Source of the DNA: an uncultured cyanobacterium
Lineage (GTDB): Bacteria; Cyanobacteriota; Cyanobacteriia; Cyanobacteriales; CAWUOF01
Length of the DNA stretch: 64,000 nt
Reading direction: 5' to 3'
NCBI GenBank assembly: GCA_963744145.1
Contig: CAVUSO010000001.1
Span: forward strand, 6,336,001-6,400,000
Positions 1 through 9,764 of this stretch are shown here, in pieces (position 1 is the stretch's first letter; each line of letters opens with the position of its first letter). The notes below the pieces were generated by a model. That model searched no databases. It was not told where the DNA came from and saw nothing but the letters and a program-made list of their open reading frames with translations. A program made the position numbers and the translations under genes.

Positions 1-1
1 T

Positions 2-262
2 CCTTGTCCGAGATCAGGACCGATGTTAAGTGTTTTTCTACCCACCACTCCCAACCCAGCGACAGGTTGGTATGCTGTGGTGAGTGAAGATGAGGTGATC
101 GACTTGCCGATTTCAGTGGAAGATGCCTTTAAGGTGATTGTGTCTGGTGGAATCGTGAGTCCAAGCGATATCTCTGCTAGCTACATTACCTCAATTAAAG
201 AAAAGCCAGTAGAAAGACCATTCCGAGAAGTGAAACACCAAACTATACCTGTAGAAGAATGA
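2..262 (+). CDS. DUF502 family protein, 3' part (5' end outside window)
   Basis: SVFLPTTPNPATGWY...SVEDAFKVIVSGGIV motif; frame open to window edge; usual neighbour of nusB in cyanobacteria. Confidence 0.85.
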   Translation, partial: PCPRSGPMLSVFLPTTPNPATGWYAVVSEDEVIDLPISVEDAFKVIVSGGIVSPSDISASYITSIKEKPVERPFREVKHQTIPVEE

Positions 263-344
263 TGCCGATCGCCCATAAATTAACCTAGGGGCGAAGACAG
301 CTAACGCCCCTCATACTTAATAATTACTAGAAATACCCTTAATT

Positions 345-974
345 ATGCAAGCCCGTCGAATTGCCCGTGAATTAGCTCTGCTTGGTTTAAGTCAGTTGAG
401 TAGCAATCAGGAAAAACTGGAAAATCAGCAATTACAAGATGTCATCCTCGCTGCGATCCGGACTTTGACTACAGAAGCGCAAGAAACGTTAGAAACCGCT
501 GTAGCTGAACTCAAGCGCGGTAGTGATTGGCTCCTGAAAAGTGAAACTCGTGCTACTGATGTTAAGAGCGCAACAGTAATGGTGCAAGATGCAATCAATC
601 TGACTCAGACTGCAATTAACCGCATGGGAATAGCGATCGAGTTACCAGAATTTATCCAACTAGCTAATCAAAAAGAAGTCCGCTCTTATGCTCTGGAAAT
701 TCTCAGCCACGTCAATATTAAAAAAGCCCAGATTGATGAGGAAATTACCCAATCAATGGTCGATTGGCAATTAAGTCGTTTACCGAGAATCGATCGAGAT
801 ATTTTGAGAATAGCTGTAGCAGAAATGCTATTTATTGGTCTTCCTAATCGTGTTGCTATTAATGAAGCGGTCGAGTTGGCTAAACGTTATAGTGGGGAAG
901 AAGGACATAAATTTATTAACGGAGTTCTGCGTCGTTTTACTGACAAACAAAAAGATCTGGAAACTAAGAGTTAA
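345..974 (+). CDS. nusB: Transcription antitermination factor NusB
   Basis: [10 protein letters not shown]-terminus; [27 protein letters not shown] and FINGVL motifs. Confidence 0.97.
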   Translation: MQARRIARELALLGLSQLSSNQEKLENQQLQDVILAAIRTLTTEAQETLETAVAELKRGSDWLLKSETRATDVKSATVMVQDAINLTQTAINRMGIAIELPEFIQLANQKEVRSYALEILSHVNIKKAQIDEEITQSMVDWQLSRLPRIDRDILRIAVAEMLFIGLPNRVAINEAVELAKRYSGEEGHKFINGVLRRFTDKQKDLETKS

Positions 975-995
975 GTTGATCCAGGGATTCGGTGG

Positions 996-1130
996 TTGAT
1001 GAAGTACAGTCAGATTATGGGACAGGTATCTGCTTGTCCGATCAGTTAAAGTCAATTGTGATTGATCTGTGTTGGTTGGGCGGGTTTATGATATTGATCT
1101 ATTGGTGTCAGAATTAATTGGTGAACCCGC
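996..1130 (+). repeat. Composite REP/MITE-like repeat, copy 1 (copy 2 at 15818-15958)
   Basis: About 135 bp near-identical to 15818-15958; contains a degenerate GGGACAGG..TGTC hairpin and a GGGCGGGTTT...AACCCGC inverted repeat. Confidence 0.85.
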
Positions 1131-1199
1131 TCCTTGTATCTTTAAAGGATACAGATAATTGGACTCTAGCTGGTGATATTCCTCTATCGTATCCATTGA

Positions 1200-1784
1200 T
1201 CACAAAATATCGTCAACACTAATTACTAAATCTGGAAACGCAAGGGGTGAGATACTTTCACCGCGTCTGAATTGTTGGACACTTTCATAGCCATTAGCGC
1301 CGGGATGGCGATAAACCTCAACTAATTCAGCCCTAATATCTACGATCCAAAGTTCTATAATTCCTGCTTGACGGTAGAGGACTGATTTCTCATTACGGTC
1401 ATATTCCACCGTAGTAACCGATACTTCAATTAATAGATATACGTCTTGGGGTTGTGGAATCTGATGCCTGTAACCATCTTCACGTCGTCTCAAAATTGAT
1501 AGATCGGGTTCTGGTTCTAATCCGCCGTTTAGCCTGACTGGGGTCTGTGACAAGATTGTGGCACGTTTAACTAACCCCAGGATGAAAATCTCAAGCAAAC
1601 GACCAACACAACTTAAATGACCACTACCCATCGGTGCCATAAGCATAATATCCCCATTAATTAGTTCTGTCCGTTCATCCGGTCCTATTATCCCTAATTC
1701 ACCTAGTTTGTGATATTCCTCGACCGTGAACTTCTTTCTTGTTGGTTTTGTTGCTGTTGCTACTGCGATCATCTTTCTCACCAT
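1200..1784 (-). CDS. Uma2 (DUF820) family endonuclease-fold protein
   Basis: FTVEEYH, ELINGDI, EPEPDL, LLIEVS and GIIELWIVD motifs. Confidence 0.93.
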   Translation of the reverse strand: MVRKMIAVATATKPTRKKFTVEEYHKLGELGIIGPDERTELINGDIMLMAPMGSGHLSCVGRLLEIFILGLVKRATILSQTPVRLNGGLEPEPDLSILRRREDGYRHQIPQPQDVYLLIEVSVTTVEYDRNEKSVLYRQAGIIELWIVDIRAELVEVYRHPGANGYESVQQFRRGESISPLAFPDLVISVDDIL

Positions 1785-2200
1785 CCTATTTACTGAATAG
1801 CTCCGATCATTCTCATTCTAATTGCATTCACTTAGAACTATGGGATTTAGCACTCAAACGATTATTCAATCAGGTTTTGCGGTACTTGCGAAAATTCAGA
1901 ATTTACGACTAAACCAGAGACAGTCGCTATTCGCTATAATAATTCAAGTTTCCGTAGCAAAATCTTCTGAGTCAATATCCCAGTTTACCCAACGAATTGC
2001 TTCTCGAGCAGAATCCAAATCGGGGGGGTTGTTTTTCGATCGCAGTCCCATCACCCTAACGATCCAATGGCTGTCAATTCTCTGGCTAGAGAATGAACGA
2101 TATTTTCAATAATTACGAGTATTAAGCAAACGGATATAAAATTTGAAAGTGTTATTTATAAATGATTACAGCGATTAAATCCGGTTGATTAATTTTGTTG

Positions 2201-2800
2201 TTATTCCCCAAAAATCGCATCGATACTAATCACTATGTCTGGAAATGAAAGAGGGGAGATACTTTCACCGCGTCTAAATTGTTGGATACTTTCATAACCA
2301 TTAGCGCCGGGATGGCGATAAACCTCTAGTACGGGCGTATTGCAATACGCCCCTTCGATATCTACGATCCAAAGTTCAATAATCCCAGCTCTAGCATAGA
2401 CAACTGACTTGACATTACGGTCATGGTCAATAGTGGTATCCGATACTTCTATTAATAAATAGATGTCTTGGACTTGGGGTAAGGATTTTATATAATCATC
2501 CCTACGATGTTTCAAAATTGATAGATCGGGTTCCGGTTGTAATCTTCCGTTTAATCTGACTGGGATTTGGTCTATGACCAAAGCTCGCTTTCTTAAATTT
2601 TCAGAAAAAATTCTATCCAACCGAATTATGTACCCAGCATGACGAGTACCCATTGGTGCCATATAAATAATATCCCCATCAATTAGTTCTGTCCTACCAT
2701 CCCCAAGCATCCCCAATTCACTCAGTTGGTAATATTCCTCTACTGTGAATTGCTTTCTTGTTGGTTTTGTTGCTGTTGCTACTGCGGTCATCTTTCTCAC
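2201..2800 (-). CDS. Uma2 (DUF820) family protein, tandem paralog with an in-frame palindrome insertion
   Basis: Same motifs as 1200-1784; shares about 50 bp of upstream sequence with it; extra GAYCNTP peptide. Confidence 0.92.
   Translation of the reverse strand: MRKMTAVATATKPTRKQFTVEEYYQLSELGMLGDGRTELIDGDIIYMAPMGTRHAGYIIRLDRIFSENLRKRALVIDQIPVRLNGRLQPEPDLSILKHRRDDYIKSLPQVQDIYLLIEVSDTTIDHDRNVKSVVYARAGIIELWIVDIEGAYCNTPVLEVYRHPGANGYESIQQFRRGESISPLSFPDIVISIDAIFGE
2333..2352. repeat. Perfect 20-bp palindrome GGGCGTATTGCAATACGCCC (REP-like) inside a CDS
   Basis: Read directly; absent at the aligned position of the paralog. Confidence 0.9.
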
Positions 2801-2880
2801 TATCCTATTTACTGACTAGCTCGGCTAATTCTCATTCTAATTGCGTTCACGTAGTGATTAAATCTTTGATCCACGGTTGT

Positions 2881-3570
2881 TTAAATATAACCATGTTCTG
2901 TCAAAAACGCGGGAGTAATATCCGCTAAATTGCTCGTAGCATTAATTACTCTAGTACCAAGTAACCGAGCCACATATTTACCTAAAATATCAGCTTCAAT
3001 ATTGACCAAATTGCCAGATTTTAAATGGTAGAGATTAGTCTGAGTAAAAGTATGGGGAATAACCGCCACTTTAAACCAACTACCATCCCGATCGCAATCA
3101 GCTACAGTTAAACTAACTCCATTAACGGCAATACTCCCCTTGGGAACTAAATAAGGAGAAATTTGTTCTTCCCACAGAGACGTTAGCTTGGTTGGAGTTG
3201 TAAAAGTCATTTCCCAAGAATTGGCTGTAGGGACAGATGTTTGTAAGCAACCCACTCCATCAATATGTCCAGTGACAAAATGTCCTCCGAGTTTACTACC
3301 TACTCGCAAGGAAGTTTCGAGATTAACATAACCAACTGACTCGGATTGTCCCAAGGTAGTCCGGGACAAAGTTTCCGGAGATGTAGCAGCAACAAAACCT
3401 TGGGGTAAGATTTTCACGACGGTTAAACAAATACCATCGACAGAAACACTATCACCGATCACTAAGTCCTGCAAAATTAGATCGGAGGAATCCCCCCCAC
3501 AGCTAATTTGCAAATTATCCGTACCTAATGGCTCAATCGTGCCTAATCCTTGGATTAATCCGGTAAACAC
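2881..3570 (-). CDS. ribE: Riboflavin synthase (alpha chain)
   Basis: MFTGL N-terminus; VDGICLTV, GGHFVTGHIDG and KGSIAVNGVSLTV motifs. Confidence 0.97.
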   Translation of the reverse strand: MFTGLIQGLGTIEPLGTDNLQISCGGDSSDLILQDLVIGDSVSVDGICLTVVKILPQGFVAATSPETLSRTTLGQSESVGYVNLETSLRVGSKLGGHFVTGHIDGVGCLQTSVPTANSWEMTFTTPTKLTSLWEEQISPYLVPKGSIAVNGVSLTVADCDRDGSWFKVAVIPHTFTQTNLYHLKSGNLVNIEADILGKYVARLLGTRVINATSNLADITPAFLTEHGYI

Positions 3571-3786
3571 TGTTTTTAATTTGAAGGTAGAGTTTATCGC
3601 TTTATTTCACTAAGGTATCTTATTCTAGGAGATAAATAGGTTAGAGTGGACATAATGTAGTAATTTTTGGTTGGAATTTTGCTTTAAGCACCTAACCAAA
3701 AAACGGGCACACTATATATCAAGGAAAGCGGTTTTTGCCCCGCTGTCCTGCTGGTCAAAACGAGTTTGGATGGGGTAAGATGCAAC

Positions 3787-4284
3787 ATGATTGAAATGAG
3801 AGTGGCTGGAATTGCCTTGGATGCAGCAACAAGAAGTCCGATTGTCCTACTCAAAGATGCTGGAGAGCGACGGGCTCTTCCCATCTATATAGGTCAAGAT
3901 CAAGCAAAAGCAATTATTAGTGCCCTAGAAAACCAAGCCCCACCTCGACCCCTGACCCATGATCTGTTTGTAAATATTTTACAAGCTTGGGACTTGACTT
4001 TGGATCGGGTGGTGATTCATTCGCTGCAAGACAATACATTTTATGCAGTGCTGATGGTTCATCATGGAGAAGTCAAAAAAGAAATTGACGCTCGTCCCAG
4101 TGATGCGATCGCCATTGCACTCAGAACGAATAGCCCCATCTGGGTGATGGAAGAAGTAATTGCTGATGCTTCCATTCCTGTTGATCGGGATGCGGATGAA
4201 GCTGAACGTCAAGCTTTTCGTGATTTTATCTCGAAATTACGACCGGAGGATTTTAGTCAAAGAGGAAGAACTCATGGAGATTAA
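3787..4284 (+). CDS. Bifunctional nuclease family protein (DUF151)
   Basis: RALPIYIG, PRPLTHDL and IDARPSDAIAIALR motifs. Confidence 0.95.
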   Translation: MIEMRVAGIALDAATRSPIVLLKDAGERRALPIYIGQDQAKAIISALENQAPPRPLTHDLFVNILQAWDLTLDRVVIHSLQDNTFYAVLMVHHGEVKKEIDARPSDAIAIALRTNSPIWVMEEVIADASIPVDRDADEAERQAFRDFISKLRPEDFSQRGRTHGD

Positions 4285-4344
4285 TTTTTGCTCAACTAAA
4301 AATCTGGAATCTAACCACTAATTTGTAATCGTTAAAATTAACCG

Positions 4345-5473
4345 ATGCGTTATCGACCGATTTGGCAAAACTAATTTGCTCCTGTCTGTACTTTCTTTGG
4401 GAACCATGCGTTATTTGGTTTCTGAAGAAAATGCGATCGCGACAGTAGAGCAAGCTGTAGCTGTTGGCATTAATCATTTGGAAACTGCCAGAGGCTATGG
4501 TAAAAGTGAGAGTTATCTGGGTGCAGCTTTATCAGGTTTGTCCAAAGATCGCTCCCAATTATATATAACTACAAAAATACCTCCCGTCGCTGATCCGAGC
4601 CTGATGGCTAGGTATATTGATGAATCCTTAGTACGTTTACAGGTAGACTATCTCGATGCTCTAGCTATTCATGGGGTGAATACTTGGGACCACTTACAGT
4701 TGGTGCAGTCGGAAAGTGGTTGTATGCAAGCAGTAGCTCAAGCGATCGCGGAGGGAAAAGTAAGAGCTGTGGGGTTTTCCAGTCATGGACCGTTAGAGGT
4801 AATTCTCGGAGCGATTAATACAGATCGATTTGATTTTGTGAATCTCCATTATTATTATTTCTTTCAGCGTCATGCTCAAGCGATCGCTTTGGCTCACCAA
4901 AAAGATTTAGGTATATTTATTATCTCTCCAGGTGATAAGGGTGGAAGACTCTATACACCACCCCAAACCTTAACCGATTTATGCACTCCTTTTACACCAC
5001 TAGAATTAACTTATCGATTTTTGTTAAATGATGCTAGGATTAGTACACTTAGTGTGGGTGCCAGTAATCCGGAAGAATTAGCAATACCCGTCAGTATTAG
5101 CGATCGCGATTATCCTCTAACGCCCGAGGAAAAAGAGGTTTTTCAACGTTTAGAACATCATGCTACTGTTACTTTAGGAACAACTAAATGTAGTCAATGC
5201 TATGCTTGTTTACCTTGTCCAGCAGCCATTAATATTCCCGAAGTATTAAGACTACGCAACCTCGCGATCGGCTATGACATGACCGATTATGGTAAATATC
5301 GTTACGGAATGTTTGAAAATGCTGGTCACTGGTTTGCTGGAGCTAAAGCTAGTCGTTGTACTGAATGTGGGGACTGTTTACCTCGATGTCCGGAAGAGCT
5401 AAATATTCCCTTGTTATTAAAAGATACGGATCAACGTCTTGCTGGTAAATCAGGACGACGATTGTGGGATTAA
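4345..5473 (+). CDS. Aldo/keto reductase with C-terminal 4Fe-4S dicluster; apparent +1 frameshift at about 4357
   Basis: HLETARGYG, CSQCYACLPCP and CTECGDCLPRCP; removing one C at 4357-4358 restores the N-terminus MRYRRFGKTNL from ATG 4345. Confidence 0.88.
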
Positions 5474-5510
5474 AGTGATCGAGAAAGAGAAGTCAAAAAA
5501 AAAGCTGATT

Positions 5511-6014
5511 ATGAAATTTGATACACCCCAAATCTACCGCAATGCGATGGAATATTTGGTTGCTGAAGAAGTTCAGCAACAGTTGAAGCTAGTACCACCT
5601 AAATTAGCGGAATATTTAGAGGGACATAATCTAGTGGAAGTGATCGCTTATGCTCTCAACCGTTTACCAGCTTTATATGCGACTAGCGAAGAAGGTTGGG
5701 AACAACAAAAATTAAAAGGAAAAAGAGATTTTAATGAACAAATTGTAGTCGCAGTTCGTCAAGCAATAGCAGCAGTTAACAAAGATCCATTGCGGGTTTC
5801 TAATCCGTTGAAACTGACTGAGGAAAACGAATATGAGTCAATATTTTTAAGACTAAAAAGCTTACTCCAACGGGAGGACATCTCTTGGGCAAATTTAGTT
5901 GATGTGATCGAAGAAACTCTCCTGTTAACCGTGCAGGGAAAGATTACTTGGCGTCGGACAAAACAGAACAATTCAGAGTATAAATTGTATCAACGAATGC
6001 GAGGCAATTCTTAA
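5511..6014 (+). CDS. ComFB family protein (CdgR-like)
   Basis: NAMEYLVAEEV, EVIAYALNRLPALYATSEEGW and DPLR motifs. Confidence 0.85.
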   Translation: MKFDTPQIYRNAMEYLVAEEVQQQLKLVPPKLAEYLEGHNLVEVIAYALNRLPALYATSEEGWEQQKLKGKRDFNEQIVVAVRQAIAAVNKDPLRVSNPLKLTEENEYESIFLRLKSLLQREDISWANLVDVIEETLLLTVQGKITWRRTKQNNSEYKLYQRMRGNS

Positions 6015-6041
6015 TTAGGATTTAGGGGAAAATTAGCAGTT

Positions 6042-6551
6042 ATGAAAAAATCAAAGCTAAAAAACTTATTGATCATTCCTTTTTTGCTAATGTCAGCTTA
6101 TGGTGCGGATGGGAAGGAGCAAATGGCTCCACCTCCACCAACAACTACATCTACCTCAGCTTGCACTCCCCTCCCACCTGACTATCCTTCCCCCAGTCCA
6201 TTACCAACAGAATTAAATCTGCCCAGTTTGTGGTGGGCTAAGGAACAATATCAAAAACAATGTGGTTGTAAACTGCTTGATAGTTGGTTAGTTGATGCCA
6301 ATACATTATGGATCAATTTGATTATCAATCGACAAGTATGGAGTTTACTAAATTACGTCGAACGCTATCAATTTGTGAATCGTATTGGTCTAGATGCTCA
6401 ACATCAAGGTTTTAATATCCGAGTTTGCAATCATCAAGGTGATCAATTAGCTACTTATGCTTGTACTAAAAACAGTTGCCAAATTAAATTAGATGCTTCT
6501 GGAAAGTCTGGATTGACAGGTAATACGGGCAATGATTTATTTGATAACTAA
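6042..6551 (+). CDS. Hypothetical exported protein with Pro/Thr-rich linker
   Basis: Signal-peptide-like N-terminus; PSLWWAKEQ and WSLLNYVERYQFV segments. Confidence 0.7.
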   Translation: MKKSKLKNLLIIPFLLMSAYGADGKEQMAPPPPTTTSTSACTPLPPDYPSPSPLPTELNLPSLWWAKEQYQKQCGCKLLDSWLVDANTLWINLIINRQVWSLLNYVERYQFVNRIGLDAQHQGFNIRVCNHQGDQLATYACTKNSCQIKLDASGKSGLTGNTGNDLFDN

Positions 6552-6555
6552 TTCA

Positions 6556-7644
6556 TCATACTTCTTCATTGACAATTAAACTTCCATCCAATAAAATTTT
6601 TTCTAGATCCAAAATACTCATCATTTTTTCCCGATAGTGAGCAGTTCCACGTAAGTAGTCTTCGCGACCAGAATGAACTGCAACAGGTACAGGTTGGATC
6701 GCTGATGGATGCAAATACATCACATCAAAAACTTCATCAACTGTAATCCCAGCAACTACATGATCAACATGAACCACCATAGTTTTTGAGCGATCGGATA
6801 TCTCACTTAAAGGTAGATTCAAGACCCCGCGAATATCGACTAGAGTGACGATTTCACCCCGGAGATTCATACTACCGACAATATGGCTCGGACAACAGGG
6901 CACAGGAGTCACTTGACCAATCTCAGTAAATTCCCGTACTATCGGTAAATTTAAACCAAAATATTCACCATTTAAACCAATCACAGCTAAGGGAATTAAT
7001 CCAGTAGAAGCTTCAATTTCGGTTGAAAGCATTAAATTTTCAGCGCGATCGCGAAATATTTTTCTAACTTCTGGGGTAGCATTGGGACAAAATAGGGGAG
7101 GTTCTCGTAAGCTGTTGTGATCTAATAGCTCTACTGAGTCTAAATCAGTAGTGAGTGGATTTTGGCTCAATCTGGCTAGAGCAGCATTTGATGTATGATT
7201 GCCCGTTGTGAGTAAATTTTCATGATTGAGGAGCATCACCACATCATTACCTAGATTAGCAATGCCAGCAATAAAATTAGCATGAGCTAGAGCTGTGCCA
7301 TTTTTTTTAGTCCGACTAGAAGCTAAGTTGGTTTTTATTTCAGCGGGGGTAAAGTTTTTAATTTCATAGACTTCATTAACAATTAGCCCGTATTGATGTG
7401 CTGGTGTCTGTAAAACAATAATGGTATCGCTGAGAGAATATTCTGATGATTGATAACCTAACCGTAGATTCAAATCTATGATCGGTAGGATCTCTCCGCG
7501 CAGATTCATCACCCCAACGATATCAATTCTGGTTTCGGCAATAGGTGTTAATTCTGGTAAGAAAAAAATTTCTTGCACAGAGAAGGATGATAGACCATAG
7601 AGAGAATGATGTAAGCGAAAAATTAAATAAGGGATAAATTCCAT
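6556..7644 (-). CDS. cheW: Chemotaxis coupling protein with two CheW domains
   Basis: Two GxMNLRGEI motifs. Confidence 0.93.
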   Translation of the reverse strand: MEFIPYLIFRLHHSLYGLSSFSVQEIFFLPELTPIAETRIDIVGVMNLRGEILPIIDLNLRLGYQSSEYSLSDTIIVLQTPAHQYGLIVNEVYEIKNFTPAEIKTNLASSRTKKNGTALAHANFIAGIANLGNDVVMLLNHENLLTTGNHTSNAALARLSQNPLTTDLDSVELLDHNSLREPPLFCPNATPEVRKIFRDRAENLMLSTEIEASTGLIPLAVIGLNGEYFGLNLPIVREFTEIGQVTPVPCCPSHIVGSMNLRGEIVTLVDIRGVLNLPLSEISDRSKTMVVHVDHVVAGITVDEVFDVMYLHPSAIQPVPVAVHSGREDYLRGTAHYREKMMSILDLEKILLDGSLIVNEEV

Positions 7645-7700
7645 TACAGGGATCAGGGTTCAGGGTTCAGGTGTTGAGAGCAACACCTCAATACATTATT

Positions 7701-9521
7701 TTAACGTTCTCTTTCGATTTTTTCTGGGTTCAGATTTTTCTGAAAATAGGTCTTGTAGATTTCATGAGCGATCGGTACTGCTGAGACAGCACCAAAACCT
7801 CCATTTTCCACAACTACAGCCACAGCAATTTGGGGATTTTGAGCAGGTCCAAACCCAATATACATGGCATTATCTGGTTGTCCTGGCACTTCTGCTGTAC
7901 CAGTTTTACCTCCAGTCAAAGGAATAGAACCATCATTAAGCTCTTGAGCAGTACCTTTTTGCACCACAGCAATTAATCCAGACCGAATCGTAGCTAGAAC
8001 TTCAGGAGCAATTCCAATTGGTTCTGGTGTAGTTTGGGCAGTATTAGTTTGGGATGCTAATAAATGAGGTTTGACTCGAAACCCACCATTAGCGATCGCT
8101 GACACCATCACTGCTTCTTCTAAAGGTGTCAACAATACCGGACCTTGACCAATTGCCATACTTACCGTATCACCAGTATACCAGGGTTCACCATAAATTT
8201 TTTCCTTATCAGCAGGAGATAAAAGAACACCTGTACTACCAGAATCTAATCCCAAAATATCTAAATTACTTTTATCTCCAATCCCTAATTTATGTCCCCA
8301 TTTAGAAATTTCTTCAGGTCCGGCTGCCATACCAACTTGATAGAAAAAAGTATTGCTACTATAAGCAAAAGCATCAGGGAATCCGATCACACCATAACCA
8401 CCACCATGTTCATGAAATTCAATGCCACCAATATTAATTGAATCATAAGTCATCAAAGTTGAATCAGGTGAAAACTTGCCAGATTGCATTCCCGCAGTTG
8501 CAGTTACTATTTTAAAAGTGCTACCAGGGGGATACCCTTGAAGAGCACGATTAAGCAGGGGATTTTCTTGACTTTGTAATTTCTGCCAATCCCGATTACT
8601 AATAGTATGAGTAAATAAGTTAGGATCAAAAGTCGGTCCGCTTGCCATTACTAATACAGCACCAGTTTTCACATCCATTACCACTACAGCTCCGCGACGA
8701 TTATTCAGCGCTTTTTCCGCAGTTTTTTGGAGATCAAGGTCTAAAGTTGTCTCTACTGGTAAACCAGATAAGGGAGATTGCTGTCCGATTTGACGCAATT
8801 CTTCACCACGAACATCTACTTCAATTAAACGACTACCCCAAGTTCCAGTTAGCTGAGGGTTAGCGATATGTTCGATCCCGACTTTACCCACAATCATCCC
8901 AAAGGGATATTTGGGATTATTTTTTAAGTCTTCCGCACTTGCTTCACCAATATAGCCTAGCACATGGGCAGCTAGGTTTCCATAGGGATAGGAACGGTTA
9001 AATTCAGCCCGAATTTCAATTCCTGGTAATCCAGATAAACGCTCGACGATCGCGACAAAAGTTGGTGAGGTAATATTTTGACTAATGCGTACAGGCATGG
9101 CAGAATTATAACCGCGCTCAGACAATCGATTCAGAATATCCTGAGCAGGTATATTGATAATTGAACTTAATTCAGTTGCTGTACTTTGCCATTGCTCGGG
9201 TGTCTGATCACGCGGCCATAAATATATAGAACGAATGAGATGATTAGAAGCTAATACTCTACCTTTGCGGTCAAAAATACCACCACGAGGTGCAGGAAGT
9301 GCCATCAGACGAATCCGATTTTTGTCAGCTTGCTGTCTGTGTACTTCTCCTTCAATCAATTGTAAGTTGATTAAGCGAATAGTCGGAAATACCATGACAA
9401 TCGTAATGATGATCATTAAAATAATTGCTCGATTTCCTCGATTAATTTGAGCCATCGCTGATGAGGAAAATGCTTTAGTAATAAAGCGTTTGTCTGATGA
9501 AAAAGTTAGTTCTTTAGTCAT
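7701..9521 (-). CDS. mrdA: Penicillin-binding protein 2 (class B transpeptidase)
   Basis: APRGGIFDRKG, PGSTFK (SxxK), SSN and GKTGTAE motifs; N-terminal TM helix. Confidence 0.93.
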   Translation of the reverse strand: MTKELTFSSDKRFITKAFSSSAMAQINRGNRAIILMIIITIVMVFPTIRLINLQLIEGEVHRQQADKNRIRLMALPAPRGGIFDRKGRVLASNHLIRSIYLWPRDQTPEQWQSTATELSSIINIPAQDILNRLSERGYNSAMPVRISQNITSPTFVAIVERLSGLPGIEIRAEFNRSYPYGNLAAHVLGYIGEASAEDLKNNPKYPFGMIVGKVGIEHIANPQLTGTWGSRLIEVDVRGEELRQIGQQSPLSGLPVETTLDLDLQKTAEKALNNRRGAVVVMDVKTGAVLVMASGPTFDPNLFTHTISNRDWQKLQSQENPLLNRALQGYPPGSTFKIVTATAGMQSGKFSPDSTLMTYDSINIGGIEFHEHGGGYGVIGFPDAFAYSSNTFFYQVGMAAGPEEISKWGHKLGIGDKSNLDILGLDSGSTGVLLSPADKEKIYGEPWYTGDTVSMAIGQGPVLLTPLEEAVMVSAIANGGFRVKPHLLASQTNTAQTTPEPIGIAPEVLATIRSGLIAVVQKGTAQELNDGSIPLTGGKTGTAEVPGQPDNAMYIGFGPAQNPQIAVAVVVENGGFGAVSAVPIAHEIYKTYFQKNLNPEKIERER

Positions 9522-9764
9522 ATTTATAAGTTACATTGTTTTGCTGAAAAGATTTATTCTCAGACCTAGAACTCAAATCCGGTTTAATTACTTATTTATC
9601 ACCCGGTGAATTATTAGAGTTTTATAGCTAATTATACCCATTGTTAAAGTAGCTACAATTAAGCGACGCTTATATACTTCATACTCCTGACTACTAATTC
9701 CGGAAATTTTTTTGAAAAGATTTGAAACTGGCGATCGCTTTAAGGATTTTGGTAGATAATTTAC

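Noticed and set aside
1822..2112. 96-aa ORF between the Uma2 genes
   Set aside because: TTG start inside the duplicated upstream segment and no recognisable motif; likely spurious or gene debris
7648..7671. CAGGGTT heptamer repeats
   Set aside because: Ordinary cyanobacterial short tandem repeat of only about 3 units
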